A stretch of DNA of 64,000 bases from Spirochaetia bacterium (GTDB lineage Bacteria; Spirochaetota; Spirochaetia; DSM-16054; Sediminispirochaetaceae), in the NCBI GenBank assembly GCA_034520965.1, contig JAXHMY010000008.1, positions 64,001-128,000 on the forward strand, given 5' to 3'. This document shows positions 8,421 to 18,885 of this stretch, piece after piece. The notes beneath the pieces are model-generated. The model was not told the DNA's origin and did no database searches. It saw only the letters and a program-made list of their open reading frames with translations. A program made the position numbers and the translations under genes. Numbering within the stretch: position 1 is the first letter of the stretch; every line of letters begins with the position of its first letter.

Positions 8421-9314
8421 ATGCTTCATAAGATACTTCATATTTGCAAGCTTTTTGTGCCGGCAATATTTTTCATAACGATACTGCTTTCCTGCACCAG
8501 CGGTGCTTTCCAGGCCGGCTCCAAAACAGATGCAGCGGATTCTGTCGAGAGCAGTAATTCGAATCAAGTATCCGAAAATATAGAGTCAGAGCGGCCCCCG
8601 GTTATAGAAGTATCAGGGCTTATCGATTTTAACCAGTCCCCATATCGCAATCTGTTAAACACGGTTCCGGATAAAGGGAACCCGACTTTTTTTGCGGCAG
8701 TCCCTAGAATGGCCAATCGTGAAAATGAGTACAGAATGGGGCATATGCTGCTTGCCCGGCAAGCTGCAATGTATCGAGAGGCTGCGGTAAGCGCAAAGTT
8801 TCTCACCCAAAGCAATAATCGCGATATGGGATATCGCGAACAGGTGGATGTGGACATAGATAAAAGCTTGGTACGGTCAGTGGTAGATAAAATCAAGATT
8901 ACCAATCACTATCAGGATGCACACGGTTCGTATTTTTCTGGAGTTTTAAAGAATATTACAATTTCTGAATTCAATGTGCAGACTGAAGTTGTGGGAAATG
9001 TCCCGCAATGGTTTATCGACCCGCCTTCTTATGAGGGGTTTATCGTGGCGGTAGGTACATCCGGACGGCACATGTTCATTGCAGAATCTTTCCTCCAGTC
9101 GGATCGCCAAGCCTTGGCAGCTATTGCGAAGCAGCTTAATATCGAAGTGAAGCATAAAAGGGATGATTTAGAGAAAGAGTACCAGGGGAGTGCATATCAG
9201 CAGTTGAATCTGCAGATCACCGATACAACTGTGCACGGTTTTTATGTTATTGATAGATGGGTTTCAAAAGATGGAAACACCTACTATAGCTTGGCTGTAT
9301 GTCCCGTCAAATAA
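8421..9314 (+). CDS. Lipoprotein with C-terminal LPP20-like domain
   Basis: Lipobox LLSC; PQWFIDPP...VAVG...ALAAIAKQL. Confidence 0.7.
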   Translation: MLHKILHICKLFVPAIFFITILLSCTSGAFQAGSKTDAADSVESSNSNQVSENIESERPPVIEVSGLIDFNQSPYRNLLNTVPDKGNPTFFAAVPRMANRENEYRMGHMLLARQAAMYREAAVSAKFLTQSNNRDMGYREQVDVDIDKSLVRSVVDKIKITNHYQDAHGSYFSGVLKNITISEFNVQTEVVGNVPQWFIDPPSYEGFIVAVGTSGRHMFIAESFLQSDRQALAAIAKQLNIEVKHKRDDLEKEYQGSAYQQLNLQITDTTVHGFYVIDRWVSKDGNTYYSLAVCPVK

Positions 9315-9330
9315 AGGGGAGAGGGAAACC

Positions 9331-10039
9331 ATGAAAAGATGTAAAGGTTTGTATACAAGTGCAGCAGCCCTCTTGTTGTTCCTGGTCGGTATCGGATTTA
9401 CAAGGGAGTTTGCTTGGAGAGAAGGGCAACCTCAGTGATCTTGTACTCAATGCAGTTCGGCAGCACGCCGACTCACTGCGTATTAGTTTAACCAGGGAGA
9501 CAGTTGAACTGCAGATAGGCGAGCCTTTGACAATTGAAGGAACCCTGCGCAGTAGTCTGACATCCCACTCGGGCCCCATTAAAATTGTGCTCAAAGACAA
9601 GGTGGGTCAAAAGCTTACCGAGACGACTACAGATTCCCGGGGGCAGTTTTTACTGCAGCTCCCGGAAGGTCTTTCGACGGCTGGGGACTCCACACTTATA
9701 ATTTTTCCTGAGGTAAATGCATTCGAGGAGCTTGAAAGTCAGGAGCTTGATTCTGCATATGAGGAACTTGCTGTAAAAGTAAACATGGTTCCTGCGGGAT
9801 TGCTTTGTAGAGGACTTTCCAAAGTACATCGAGGAGCCCCGGATATGGCACAGGCGTGGGCGGTGGTAAGTCTTGAGTATAACGGGCGCTCTATTTACAG
9901 TTACGAAAGCGATGCAGTAAAAGATGGGGGCATTAATCCGGCTCAAGCGCATAGTCGAGTCCTCTCAAAACTTCTTAAAAACTTGGAAAGTGAAGAAGTT
10001 CTGTTCAGCAACATCAAAAAAGCCCTGGAGGAAATATAA
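9331..10039 (+). pseudogene. Disrupted exported protein/lipoprotein (signal peptide out of frame with body)
   Basis: SD and ATG 9331 give signal peptide MKRCKGLYTSAAALLLFLVG, closing at 9438; the long body (9359..10039) is in another frame from ~9390. Confidence 0.5.
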
Positions 10040-10041
10040 TT

Positions 10042-10746
10042 TTGAACGAATTACTATGGATTGTACTTTTATTTGTGAACTTCGGAGCAATTCTGTTGGC
10101 CTATCGAATTTGGGGACGACTGGGATTGTTTATTTGGATCCCTGTTGCAGTGATGGTGGCTAACGTTCAGGTGACCAAGACTATCGAACTTTTTGGTATT
10201 ACCGCCACTTTAGGAAATATTGTATATGCTTCAAGTTTTCTGGTAACCGATATTCTCAACGAAAATTACGGAAAGAAAGAGGCCGGCCGGGCGGTGGTGA
10301 TTGGGTTCTTTTCACTGATAATGTTTACGCTTTTAATGAACCTTGCACTGTTTTTTGTGCCTTCGGCAGAAGATTTTGCCCATGAGAGCCTTGTAACTGT
10401 TTTTGGTTTTCTCCCGCGTATAATGTTGGCCAGTCTCATTGCGTACGGAGTGTCCCAGGGTCATGACATCTGGGCCTTTAATCTGTGGAAGAAAAAATGG
10501 CCTGCCACAAAGTATCTCTGGCTGCGAAATAACCTTAGCACTATGGTGAGTCAGTTGTTGGATTCCCTTATTTTTACTTTAATCGCTTTTTACGGAGTTT
10601 TCTCAACTGGAGTACTTCTAGAGATTATGATAACCACCTACGTACTGAAATGGATTGTTGCAGCCTTGGATACGCCCTTTGTCTACCTTGGCAAGTACAT
10701 GTTTAAACGTTATGAGAATCTCTCCATCTCTAACGCGCTGTTTTAG
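10042..10746 (+). CDS. Queuosine precursor transporter (VUT/YhhQ family)
   Basis: ANVQV.K, FLVTDILNENYGK, ASL.AY..SQ.HD, LWLRNNLST.VSQLLDS, LDTPF. Confidence 0.9.
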   Translation: MNELLWIVLLFVNFGAILLAYRIWGRLGLFIWIPVAVMVANVQVTKTIELFGITATLGNIVYASSFLVTDILNENYGKKEAGRAVVIGFFSLIMFTLLMNLALFFVPSAEDFAHESLVTVFGFLPRIMLASLIAYGVSQGHDIWAFNLWKKKWPATKYLWLRNNLSTMVSQLLDSLIFTLIAFYGVFSTGVLLEIMITTYVLKWIVAALDTPFVYLGKYMFKRYENLSISNALF

Positions 10747-10750
10747 AGGT

Positions 10751-11545
10751 TCAAAGGGTAATATGTTTTTTTATGTTGGCTATGCTGCCTCTTGTGCCGC
10801 AAAGCATATGGTGCTCTGCGGTCTGACGATGGACCATAGTTGCATACTGCACAGAGTTTCCATTGACATACTCTAAAGTGTAGGAGCGGCTCTGAATTAT
10901 ACTGTGAGCAGCGGCAATGTCCCAGATGTAGGCGGGTGGAATCAAGGCCCCCAAGACCACCGGGTGTATAAGGGGGCTTATGATGTGGAGAATTGAGCTG
11001 CCTATACTTCTGATTTTACCTGGAAAAGGGGAAAAATCGTATTTTCGATGCACCTTTGAGCCGACCATCAACTGGGTACCGGGAACATTATTTGCAGCAT
11101 CAGAAGTGGTGGGCATACCATCGATTTTTAACTTGTTCCCCGGCAGCAGACGTAAGAACACCCCGTAATCCGGATCGCTGCCCCATCTGGGTGCAGAAAT
11201 AATACCGCCAATCGGTTCCAGTTCTGCATCTAATATTCCAACTGCTACACACCATCCGGGCATACCCTGACTGAATGTGTCGGTGCCGTCTATCGGATCT
11301 ATGGTAAAGGTAAAATCACGGCCTGAACGAAACTCGCTGGGGAACTCTTCACTTACAATATTTGCATCGGGAAATTCCTGTCGGATTACAGTGGTCAGCT
11401 GTTTCTCAATTGCTAAATCAACTTCTGTCAATACAGAACCGTCTTCCTTATAGCTGCGCACTACTTCCCGTTGTTGGGATCGAGCCATTTGCCCTGCTTT
11501 ATATACCTCGGTTACTATTTGTTCAAAATTATGCACGTTATCCAC
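10751..11545 (-). CDS. Inositol monophosphatase family protein
   Basis: TEVD..IE, SEE, IDPIDGT, WDIAAA. Confidence 0.85.
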   Translation of the reverse strand: MDNVHNFEQIVTEVYKAGQMARSQQREVVRSYKEDGSVLTEVDLAIEKQLTTVIRQEFPDANIVSEEFPSEFRSGRDFTFTIDPIDGTDTFSQGMPGWCVAVGILDAELEPIGGIISAPRWGSDPDYGVFLRLLPGNKLKIDGMPTTSDAANNVPGTQLMVGSKVHRKYDFSPFPGKIRSIGSSILHIISPLIHPVVLGALIPPAYIWDIAAAHSIIQSRSYTLEYVNGNSVQYATMVHRQTAEHHMLCGTRGSIANIKKHITL

Positions 11546-11642
11546 CTCGTTTTTAGTATAGGAGAATTGTTGGCTAAAGACAATCGTTTCAGTAAATTCA
11601 GTAAATTCTAATGGCTCCAGTGGTCGTGCAATTGTCGTTTTG

Positions 11643-12551
11643 CTATTTGTCGTTGTCTTTATTTTGAGGGACTTTATTTTGAGGCTTAAATAAAAGTGAG
11701 AAGGTTGCTTCGGAGAACATAAGTGCTATGCCGGCCACCACCACCAGTACCCCGGCTAATTGAAGCCTTGTCAGAGAGAAACCGGGCAATGAGAGTTTGA
11801 GGAGCAGCAGCGGGTTGAGAATAAGGGTAATGTTGTGGAACGCAACCAGGGTAGAGGCTCGGGCGTGTTTGTAGAAACCGATTTGAGTAAAGGAAAAGGC
11901 GATTGCCCCAAAGAGAAAACTGGCGAGAAAAATGATCCAGCCTGCCGTGTTATGGGGAATCAACTGGATATGGGTACCAAAGCTCTGTCCAATTCCTTTT
12001 AAGATCGGGTCCATGGCAGCTGCACAGCCGGTGAGCGTCCCGAACAGCAGCCCTAAGGTTCGCTTCCAGCGCATTTTAACCGCCAGACCAAGCAGCAGAA
12101 AATTGAGCGGAAAATAGATAGCCAGGAAATACAACACCGTATTCAGCTCAACTGCGCTCATGGGGGGGACGTCATTAGTGCTGCGGCTGAGTCCAATCAA
12201 TATTGTTCCGGCTGCAATAATAAAGGCTCCGAGGTGCTGCAGTACAGTGTGTTTTTCATGCAGTATGTGTTCGGAGAATAGCATCAGCACTACCAGTCCA
12301 AAGCCGAACATGCTGGTATAATAGGAGGTTGGCGCATAGAGATTGGCTATCAGAACCCACAGAAAAGCAAGATTGTTGAGGATTATACCGCTAAAGTAAG
12401 CAATCTTCTTGCCTCGCTGATGGGCTATCGGATGGCTCCGGTCCTGTTCCGGGCGCAGGGCATCAATACCATATTTCTGTAGGCCCTTTGAGATATGTAT
12501 TTGTGTAGTGGCGATTATACCTATAAGCGAGGCAATTAGTGTCGGTTCCAT
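11643..12551 (-). CDS. Multi-pass membrane protein, DMT/NIPA-like transporter
   Basis: About 9 hydrophobic segments; KGLQK and IL.E motifs; start reassigned to ATG 12551. Confidence 0.55.
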   Translation of the reverse strand: MEPTLIASLIGIIATTQIHISKGLQKYGIDALRPEQDRSHPIAHQRGKKIAYFSGIILNNLAFLWVLIANLYAPTSYYTSMFGFGLVVLMLFSEHILHEKHTVLQHLGAFIIAAGTILIGLSRSTNDVPPMSAVELNTVLYFLAIYFPLNFLLLGLAVKMRWKRTLGLLFGTLTGCAAAMDPILKGIGQSFGTHIQLIPHNTAGWIIFLASFLFGAIAFSFTQIGFYKHARASTLVAFHNITLILNPLLLLKLSLPGFSLTRLQLAGVLVVVAGIALMFSEATFSLLFKPQNKVPQNKDNDK

Positions 12552-12678
12552 ATTTCTTCTTTTATTGTTCAGCACTATATCCCGTTAGAGGAGTGATGTA
12601 AATATCTTTATTTGTTATTCTTAACGCAGTTATTATTAACACAATGTTCAAGCGAAATTGAGCTAAAAAGGACACAAC

Positions 12679-13875
12679 ATGCGTACAAGCAAACTAGTAT
12701 TATTGACAGTTTTTTTAGTCGTACCTAGCCTTAGTGCGGCTTTCTCCAGTAATGTGGAACCCCAGATCATGTCAAAGGCAGCGGCAGTGTATGATTTTGA
12801 AACCGGCACCCTTCTGTATCAGAAAAATGGGGATATTCGAATTCCTCCCGCTTCGATGACCAAACTGATGACACTGCACCTCACCTATCGGGCGATTGAG
12901 GAAGGGCTGCTCAATTTGGATACACGCATCAAGGTCGAGGCGGGGGATGATTTTTCCAATATGCCCCGTAGATCCTCTCTTATGTTTATTGAGGAAGGGC
13001 AGGAGGTAAGCGTACTGCAGCTTATGCGAGGGCTCGCGGTTCCTTCCGGCAATGATGCAGCTCACATGCTGGCCCGTGTGGTTTCCGGCTCGGTAGAAGA
13101 ATTTGTGGAAGAGATGAACCGCGAAGCCGAAAAAATGGGATATGATAATATACACTTCGAAGATCCGGCAGGTTTAAGCGCGCAGAGTTATGTAACCGCT
13201 AAGGAGTTTGGACTGTTTTGTCTTGATTATATCCGTAGTCATCCGGACTCCCTTGAACTACTGCACAGCCAGGAAGAGTTTATTTATCCCACCGCCAAGA
13301 TATTACAGGAAGGTGCCCACTCGAGTTATGGACCGATTACTCAAGAAAATTATAATATTCTGATCGGTCGCCATCCATGGGTTGATGGGTTGAAAACTGG
13401 CTACATTGATGAGTCGGGCTATAATATTGCGCTGACCGCAACGGCGGGCGACCGTCGAGTGGTGACAGTAATTTTAGGCGGTCCGGGTGAAAATATACGC
13501 GAAGGAGCATTTACCCGTGCAATTGACGGGGTAAATCTGCTCTCCTACGGTTTCTATCATTTTACCCGGGTGGAACCAAAATTCCCAAGTCTGCAGGAAC
13601 TACGGGTATGGGGGGGCACCCGAAAAACCGTGCACCCTCAGCTGCATGCGCCCGAAGCCCTTGTGTTGCCACTGGATGTTGCTGCAACCCTAGAAGTGCG
13701 GCATGAACTTGACCTACCCTTATCTGCGCCGTTGATGGGCGGGGAAGAGATAGGCCGTACCTTAATTACAAGTGGCCAAAAGGACATTCGCAGCTACCCG
13801 ATTCTGATCAAAGAACCGGTGGAAGAGGGGACTTGGTGGCAGCAGCTGGCAGATTCACTACTGCAGCTGCGATGA
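12679..13875 (+). CDS. D-alanyl-D-alanine carboxypeptidase (peptidase S11, PBP5 family)
   Basis: Signal peptide; PASMTK (SxxK), SGNDAA (SxN), GLKTG; C-terminal PBP5 domain. Confidence 0.92.
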   Translation: MRTSKLVLLTVFLVVPSLSAAFSSNVEPQIMSKAAAVYDFETGTLLYQKNGDIRIPPASMTKLMTLHLTYRAIEEGLLNLDTRIKVEAGDDFSNMPRRSSLMFIEEGQEVSVLQLMRGLAVPSGNDAAHMLARVVSGSVEEFVEEMNREAEKMGYDNIHFEDPAGLSAQSYVTAKEFGLFCLDYIRSHPDSLELLHSQEEFIYPTAKILQEGAHSSYGPITQENYNILIGRHPWVDGLKTGYIDESGYNIALTATAGDRRVVTVILGGPGENIREGAFTRAIDGVNLLSYGFYHFTRVEPKFPSLQELRVWGGTRKTVHPQLHAPEALVLPLDVAATLEVRHELDLPLSAPLMGGEEIGRTLITSGQKDIRSYPILIKEPVEEGTWWQQLADSLLQLR

Positions 13876-13898
13876 GCTGCAGTAGTGCCGGCGAGCTC

Positions 13899-14258
13899 CT
13901 AGTAGGGAAATTTTTCATCCGGTCGTCGCTCTGGAATAGCTTCGGGGAATTTTCCCGAAGCGGCGAACTGATGCGAGAGGAACAAGCCGCAGTAGCACTG
14001 CCCATATTCTGCAATGTCGTCAGAAGAGTAGTCGCAGGGGCACATAATGTCCCGGTCATGCTCACGGTCACCATAGCTGTCACGACAGGGGCATTGAAAG
14101 AATCCGAATCGCTGGTAGTTCTGAAGTAGCCCTTGAGCTAAATCATCTAGAAAATGCTCATCCGGAACCACTGCCCAGTTGTACTGCCGGGCGGCCCGAT
14201 GTATAAAATCAAGGACATCCTCAAGGGTTTTGTCATTCTTCTGTTCATTATGCTTCAT
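13899..14258 (-). CDS. Ferredoxin:thioredoxin/glutaredoxin reductase catalytic subunit
   Basis: CPC...CPC...CYCGLF and IPERR motifs. Confidence 0.9.
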   Translation of the reverse strand: MKHNEQKNDKTLEDVLDFIHRAARQYNWAVVPDEHFLDDLAQGLLQNYQRFGFFQCPCRDSYGDREHDRDIMCPCDYSSDDIAEYGQCYCGLFLSHQFAASGKFPEAIPERRPDEKFPY

Positions 14259-14270
14259 CTACATATATCC

Positions 14271-14576
14271 TCAGCTATCGATGCCTAGAGATCTGCTCCA
14301 CGCTTTTTCAATAAACCCAAGTTGATAATCGGCGTTATCTACGATCAGCGTAGGATACAGTCCTCTTTGTCCGAATTTTTCTTTAAATTCACTGGATAGC
14401 TGTTTTTTTTGCTCGGGAGACAGTGTGTCGACATAGATGTATCTATATTCGATATCCTTATTGTTCAGATACTCCATTCCACGCTTACAAAAAGCGCAGG
14501 TAGAGAGTGCCAATAAAATTACATCCTTGTCCTTCCAGGAGCCTTCGTGTTTTTCAAATGGTACCCAATCAAACAT
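14271..14576 (-). CDS. Glutaredoxin-family protein
   Basis: ALSTCAFC, YPTL; SD AAGGAGG before ATG 14576. Confidence 0.85.
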   Translation of the reverse strand: MFDWVPFEKHEGSWKDKDVILLALSTCAFCKRGMEYLNNKDIEYRYIYVDTLSPEQKKQLSSEFKEKFGQRGLYPTLIVDNADYQLGFIEKAWSRSLGIDS

Positions 14577-14696
14577 GTTGTGCTTCCTCCTTATGTTATT
14601 TATTAGTGTTTGGATAATGAAAGTCAAGCCGGTTAATCAAAAAATAGAAAAACATCACAGTTAGAATGCCCAAGATATCGTTGTCCAGGGATTCGC

Positions 14697-15710
14697 TTAC
14701 ATCCTGATGTGAGTCGGGTTGATCGAACTCAGATCAGGTGCACCGGTCATTATCATTACCTGTTCCAGTTCCGACTGTAGGGTTCGCAATGTAGTAGAAA
14801 CAGCTTCGGCGCCGCCGCCTATAGCTGCAATTGCAAGGGGACGGCCTATCATAACCGCAGTTGCACCAAGCGCAAGCATTTTGAATACATCCGCACCGGA
14901 GCGGATACCTCCGTCTACCAGAACCGGGATAGAGTTATCGACTGCTTTTACAATTCCGGGCAGAACTTCGGCTGTACCGGGAGTGTGATCGAGTACTCGT
15001 CCTCCGTGATTAGAAACAACAATTGCGGACGCCCCTGCATCAACCGCTATTTGGGCTTCGTCGGGGGTCATAATTCCCTTCAGGATAAACTGCATCTTTG
15101 ACCTGCTGATTAACTGTCTAATTTCTGTAGGCATTTTTGGATACACCGGTTGCCCAAGCTCTTTGAGCGTAATTAAACCGGCCGCATCAATATCCATTCC
15201 GCATATCTCTGCTCCGATACTGTTCAGTTGTGCAATTCGCTGTAAAAGTTGGGTATCCTCCCAGGGTTTAATAAATGGAATGCCCCCTGAGGGATAAGTT
15301 TTAAGAGTGTCAATAGCAGCTTCGAAAATCTCCGGAACTTCCCCATCTCCGGTCCCACCAAGAGTTCCGGCTTGGGCCGCACCGCCTACCATCGCCGCAA
15401 TGTACTCTTTCTCATGCAGATCTCTGGTCATATTGTAGTGGACCCCTCCCAACGGACTGATGAGGATCGGCATACTTAGTGAGCGGTTCAACAGCTTAAT
15501 TCTCGTTTCGGGGCTGTGAACCGAGTGGATAGTTCGCATATTTATTTTGACCCGGCTGAGAGCCTCGAGGTTCTCCATAAAAGCAGAACCCGTGCCGGTA
15601 CCGCCCATTCCAGGAACTTCTCCCTTGCAGGCACGGCCGTCGCACACCGGGCACACCCGGCAGAAACCCCGCATTCGCTCTCGAGCGGTGGTAAAAACCT
15701 GTTTATCCAT
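14697..15710 (-). CDS. FMN-dependent alpha-hydroxy acid dehydrogenase/oxidase with N-terminal Cys cluster
   Basis: LKGI, VVSNHGGRVLD, DGGIRSG.DV.K.LALGA; N-terminal CRVCPVCDGRAC. Confidence 0.9.
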   Translation of the reverse strand: MDKQVFTTARERMRGFCRVCPVCDGRACKGEVPGMGGTGTGSAFMENLEALSRVKINMRTIHSVHSPETRIKLLNRSLSMPILISPLGGVHYNMTRDLHEKEYIAAMVGGAAQAGTLGGTGDGEVPEIFEAAIDTLKTYPSGGIPFIKPWEDTQLLQRIAQLNSIGAEICGMDIDAAGLITLKELGQPVYPKMPTEIRQLISRSKMQFILKGIMTPDEAQIAVDAGASAIVVSNHGGRVLDHTPGTAEVLPGIVKAVDNSIPVLVDGGIRSGADVFKMLALGATAVMIGRPLAIAAIGGGAEAVSTTLRTLQSELEQVMIMTGAPDLSSINPTHIRM

Positions 15711-16677
15711 GAGCCTTGTTATACACCCGCCAAGTGGTCTCGATTATTTCTTCAGCACTGCTGTACTGGGCCTTCCAATTGAGCAGCTGTGATGCCAGCT
15801 TGGCCGAGGCCACCAGTTTAGCAGGATCCCCGGCGCGTCGTTCTACTATGTTCAGTGGTATTTTTAAACCTGTAATTCTACGGGCCGATTCGACAATTTC
15901 CAGAACGCTCAAACCTGTTTCGCTGCCAAGATTGACCACCATGCTTTTCCTGGATGCAAAGACCTGTTCCGCAGCCTTTACATGGGCCTCGGCTAAATCG
16001 GTTACATGGATGTAGTCGCGAACTCCGGTTCCGTCCTTTGTGTCATAATCATCGCCGAACACAAGCAGCTCTTCCCGCGCTCCTACTGCTACTTCCATAA
16101 CAACCGGAATAAGGTTGGCGGGGTTTTTTTCTATACCGTTGATGCGCCCCTGCGGATCGTAGCCGGCGGCATTGAAGTAACGCAGGGAGGCGTATTTGAG
16201 ACCACGCAGTTGATCGTACCAGCCCAGATTGCGCTCTATGTCAAGTTTAGTAAAGCCGTAATAATTGCTGGGGTTGGTTGGGTGCGTCTCATCTACCGGC
16301 AGATATTCCGGTTCGCCGTACACGGCGGCTGAGGAGGAAAGCACAAAGGTGTGTATATCGTGCTGGGCCGCAGCTATCATGAGGTTAAGCGATCCGCTGA
16401 TGTTGTTGATTGAGTATTTTTCAGGGCTTACCATTGATTCTCCGGCAGCCTTAAAAGCAGCCAGATGAATTACGGCATCCCAGCCCTCTGCACAAACTGC
16501 AGATAATCTCTGCTGATCTAATATATCCCCTTCAAAAAACTGCGCATCCGTATGTATATTTGTACGCAATCCGCTGGACAGATTGTCAAATACTCCAACT
16601 TGATGTCCCTTCTCTAAGAAGGCTATTGAAACGTGGCTGCCGATGTAACCGGCCCCTCCGACTAAAAGTACACGCAT
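15703..16677 (-). CDS. galE: UDP-glucose 4-epimerase
   Basis: GGAGYIGSH, SSSAAVYG, YGFTK, LRYFNAAG, DGTGVRDYIHV. Confidence 0.95.
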   Translation of the reverse strand: MRVLLVGGAGYIGSHVSIAFLEKGHQVGVFDNLSSGLRTNIHTDAQFFEGDILDQQRLSAVCAEGWDAVIHLAAFKAAGESMVSPEKYSINNISGSLNLMIAAAQHDIHTFVLSSSAAVYGEPEYLPVDETHPTNPSNYYGFTKLDIERNLGWYDQLRGLKYASLRYFNAAGYDPQGRINGIEKNPANLIPVVMEVAVGAREELLVFGDDYDTKDGTGVRDYIHVTDLAEAHVKAAEQVFASRKSMVVNLGSETGLSVLEIVESARRITGLKIPLNIVERRAGDPAKLVASAKLASQLLNWKAQYSSAEEIIETTWRVYNKAHG

Positions 16678-16720
16678 AGGCATCTCCAGGCTATTATATA
16701 TAACCTTTATACCTGAAAAA

Positions 16721-16954
16721 TTAGCTGGATGCAATGGAGGCGTCGTAGCCCAAATTCTGTACTAATTTGACTAGTTTGTTCAGCTGTTCATCTTGGGATT
16801 CTTCATCATGGATGCTCATATCTACCCGAACCTCATGCAGACCTGCTTCTACCTTAATCTCTTCTATTCCGGAAAGTTTCCGACCGTAATGTTCGATAGA
16901 GTAGGCGCATGATGGGCAGGTTGCCCCTTGTAAATTCAGTTTTCTCTGTATCAT
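16721..16954 (-). CDS. Heavy-metal-associated (HMA) domain protein
   Basis: GATCPSC metal motif, LGY.A C-terminus. Confidence 0.85.
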   Translation of the reverse strand: MIQRKLNLQGATCPSCAYSIEHYGRKLSGIEEIKVEAGLHEVRVDMSIHDEESQDEQLNKLVKLVQNLGYDASIASS

Positions 16955-16960
16955 GTTTTA

Positions 16961-16989
16961 AATATACTATTCATACTTAAATATGACAA
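16961..16989 (-). promoter_or_regulatory. Promoter (likely leaderless) with overlapping palindrome
   Basis: TTGTCA-17-TATATT-6nt-ATG; TCATACTTAAATATGA (16971-16986) near-perfect palindrome. Confidence 0.6.
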
Positions 16990-17007
16990 ATATACTAATG
17001 AAAATTC

Positions 17008-17045
17008 AGAAAAAGGCTGCCTAAGACAATTTTTCAGGCAGCCTT
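17008..17045 (-). terminator. Intrinsic terminator downstream of the phosphomutase gene
   Basis: AAGGCTGCCT / AGGCAGCCTT stem followed by a U-run on the minus strand. Confidence 0.75.
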
Positions 17046-17076
17046 CTCTATTTCAAATCTTCAAATCTCCAAACTT

Positions 17077-18421
17077 CTAATCTTCAAATTGTTTTAAGAC
17101 GCTTCGGATTTCATCCAATCGCTGCTCGAGCTGCTGCTGGTCCGGGGCTTCCACCACCAGACGTAGATAGGGCTCGGTATTTGAGGGACGTACATTGAAC
17201 CACCAGTCGGGGTATTCAATTCGATAGCCGTCAAAGTCAAGCAGTGCGGAGGGCTTTTTTTGTGCGCTAAAATGCTCCTTTAAGGCCTCCATAGCAGCCT
17301 TTTTTTCTTCAATTCGAAAGTTGATTTCGCCGGAGTTGGCATAGACCTTAATTTCGTCAATGAGTTGGCTTAGGCTGACTCCCTCTTTTTTTACTTCCAG
17401 TACTACCTGCAGTACCAGCAAGCTGGCGAGAATGCCCGAGTCACAATTATAAAAATCGCGGAAATAGTAGTGCCCGGCCAGTTCTCCACCAAAGACGGCA
17501 TTCAACTCGCGCATCTTCAGCTTGGCATAGGCGTGCCCTACTTTCCACGTATGGGGAGTTCCGCCTAACTTCTCAATATACTCCGAGACTGAGCGGGACG
17601 TACGTATGTCCTGCAGCACCGGACCCTTTTCCCGTTCAAGGTAGTAACGACCGAGTACGGCAATAATGAGGTCCGGAGAAATAAAGCTGCCCTTTTCATC
17701 TACAAACATAACCCGGTCGGCATCACCGTCATAGATAATTCCAATGATCGCTGCTGTTCTTCATAACCCCGTCTTTAAGGTCGCGTACATTCTCCTCTTC
17801 CAAGGGATTTGGCGCATGGTTGGGAAATGTACCGTCCAGGGTGTCGAACAGATAGTGCGGCTCTTCGCCCAGCAAGTCTTTTATCAATAAGGCAGCCATC
17901 CCGTTGGAACAGTCTATCGTCAGATTCAGGGAAGAAAGTTCCTCCGGCACGTACTGCTTCAAGAACTGAACATACGCATCTTTAACTGCAAAGGGTACGA
18001 TAGTGCCTCTTTTTTCTGCAGGCTCGACTATACCGTTGCTGATCAACTGTTCAAGGTCGGCAAGCCCTGAATAATAACCGACAGGGAGGGCACCGCTGCG
18101 GGACACCTTTAGTCCGTTGTACTCTTTGGGATTATGACTGGCCGTTATTTGTACCGATGCATCAAAGTTAAAATGAGCGGTCCCGAAATAGACCATGGGG
18201 GTAGTGGCAAGTCCCATATCGTAGATGTCGGCCCCGGCATCATTTACTCCGCGGCTGAGGGCCTCAAAGATCTCCTCGGTGCTGCTGCGTACATCCCGCC
18301 CTACCAAAACCTTGTTGGTATTCAGTAAACGGGGGAGAAAAAAACCGATTTTATATACGTCTTCGGCAGTAAAATCCTGGTTGTATATTCCGCGAATATC
18401 GTAAGCCTTAAATGCTTTCAT
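17077..18421 (-). CDS. Phosphomannomutase/phosphoglucomutase with one +1 frameshift near 17745 (probable sequence error)
   Basis: FKAYDIRG and ITASHNP in 17729..18421; GGELAGH and VRPSNTEP in 17077..17709; removing one base restores DIGIIYDGDADR. Confidence 0.85.
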
Positions 18422-18433
18422 ACTAACTCCTTA

Positions 18434-18884
18434 TTATCGGGGCAAAAAACTGTCTAAATTACCTGTGTCATACATTTCACAAAACCACGCACTCTTGTCA
18501 GCAAAATGAATTGCATACACTGTTCGATCAATCAATCGCTGAAGTTTGTGAGGAGATTTTACCTGCTCTATAGAGCGTTTACCCTGCAATACCCGCACTG
18601 CGTCACGTCGGGCTACCGGTTGAAGGGCTGTAACTGAGTCTAGAGCAGCATATAGTTTAGTCTTTTTGTAGGTGCTGCGTGAAGAACCTATCAAACGATT
18701 GATGGGTCGCTCAGAAGCAAAATCTTCAAAGATAAGATTGCTGCCTACAATATAGAGTAGTCCCCCCTTTGTCATAATTCTACCGTTGTGCTGCTGAAGT
18801 AAAAAGGCGTAGGTCTTCCATTCCAGGGATTCCCTCATTTTCGAGTTCTAAGCGTTTTAAGAAATCAGTAGTTTCACTGCTCAT
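18434..18884 (-). CDS. Hypothetical protein; true start probably 18884 with a +1 frameshift near 18830
   Basis: ATG 18884 lies 1 nt after the OsmC stop and reads MSSETTDFLKRLELENEG; removing one base joins it to SLEWKTY of the 18434..18838 ORF. Confidence 0.5.
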
Positions 18885-18885
18885 G

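Noticed and set aside
10020..10045. preQ1 riboswitch before the queuosine precursor transporter
   Set aside because: The gene starts 2 nt after the upstream stop and no aptamer motif is visible.
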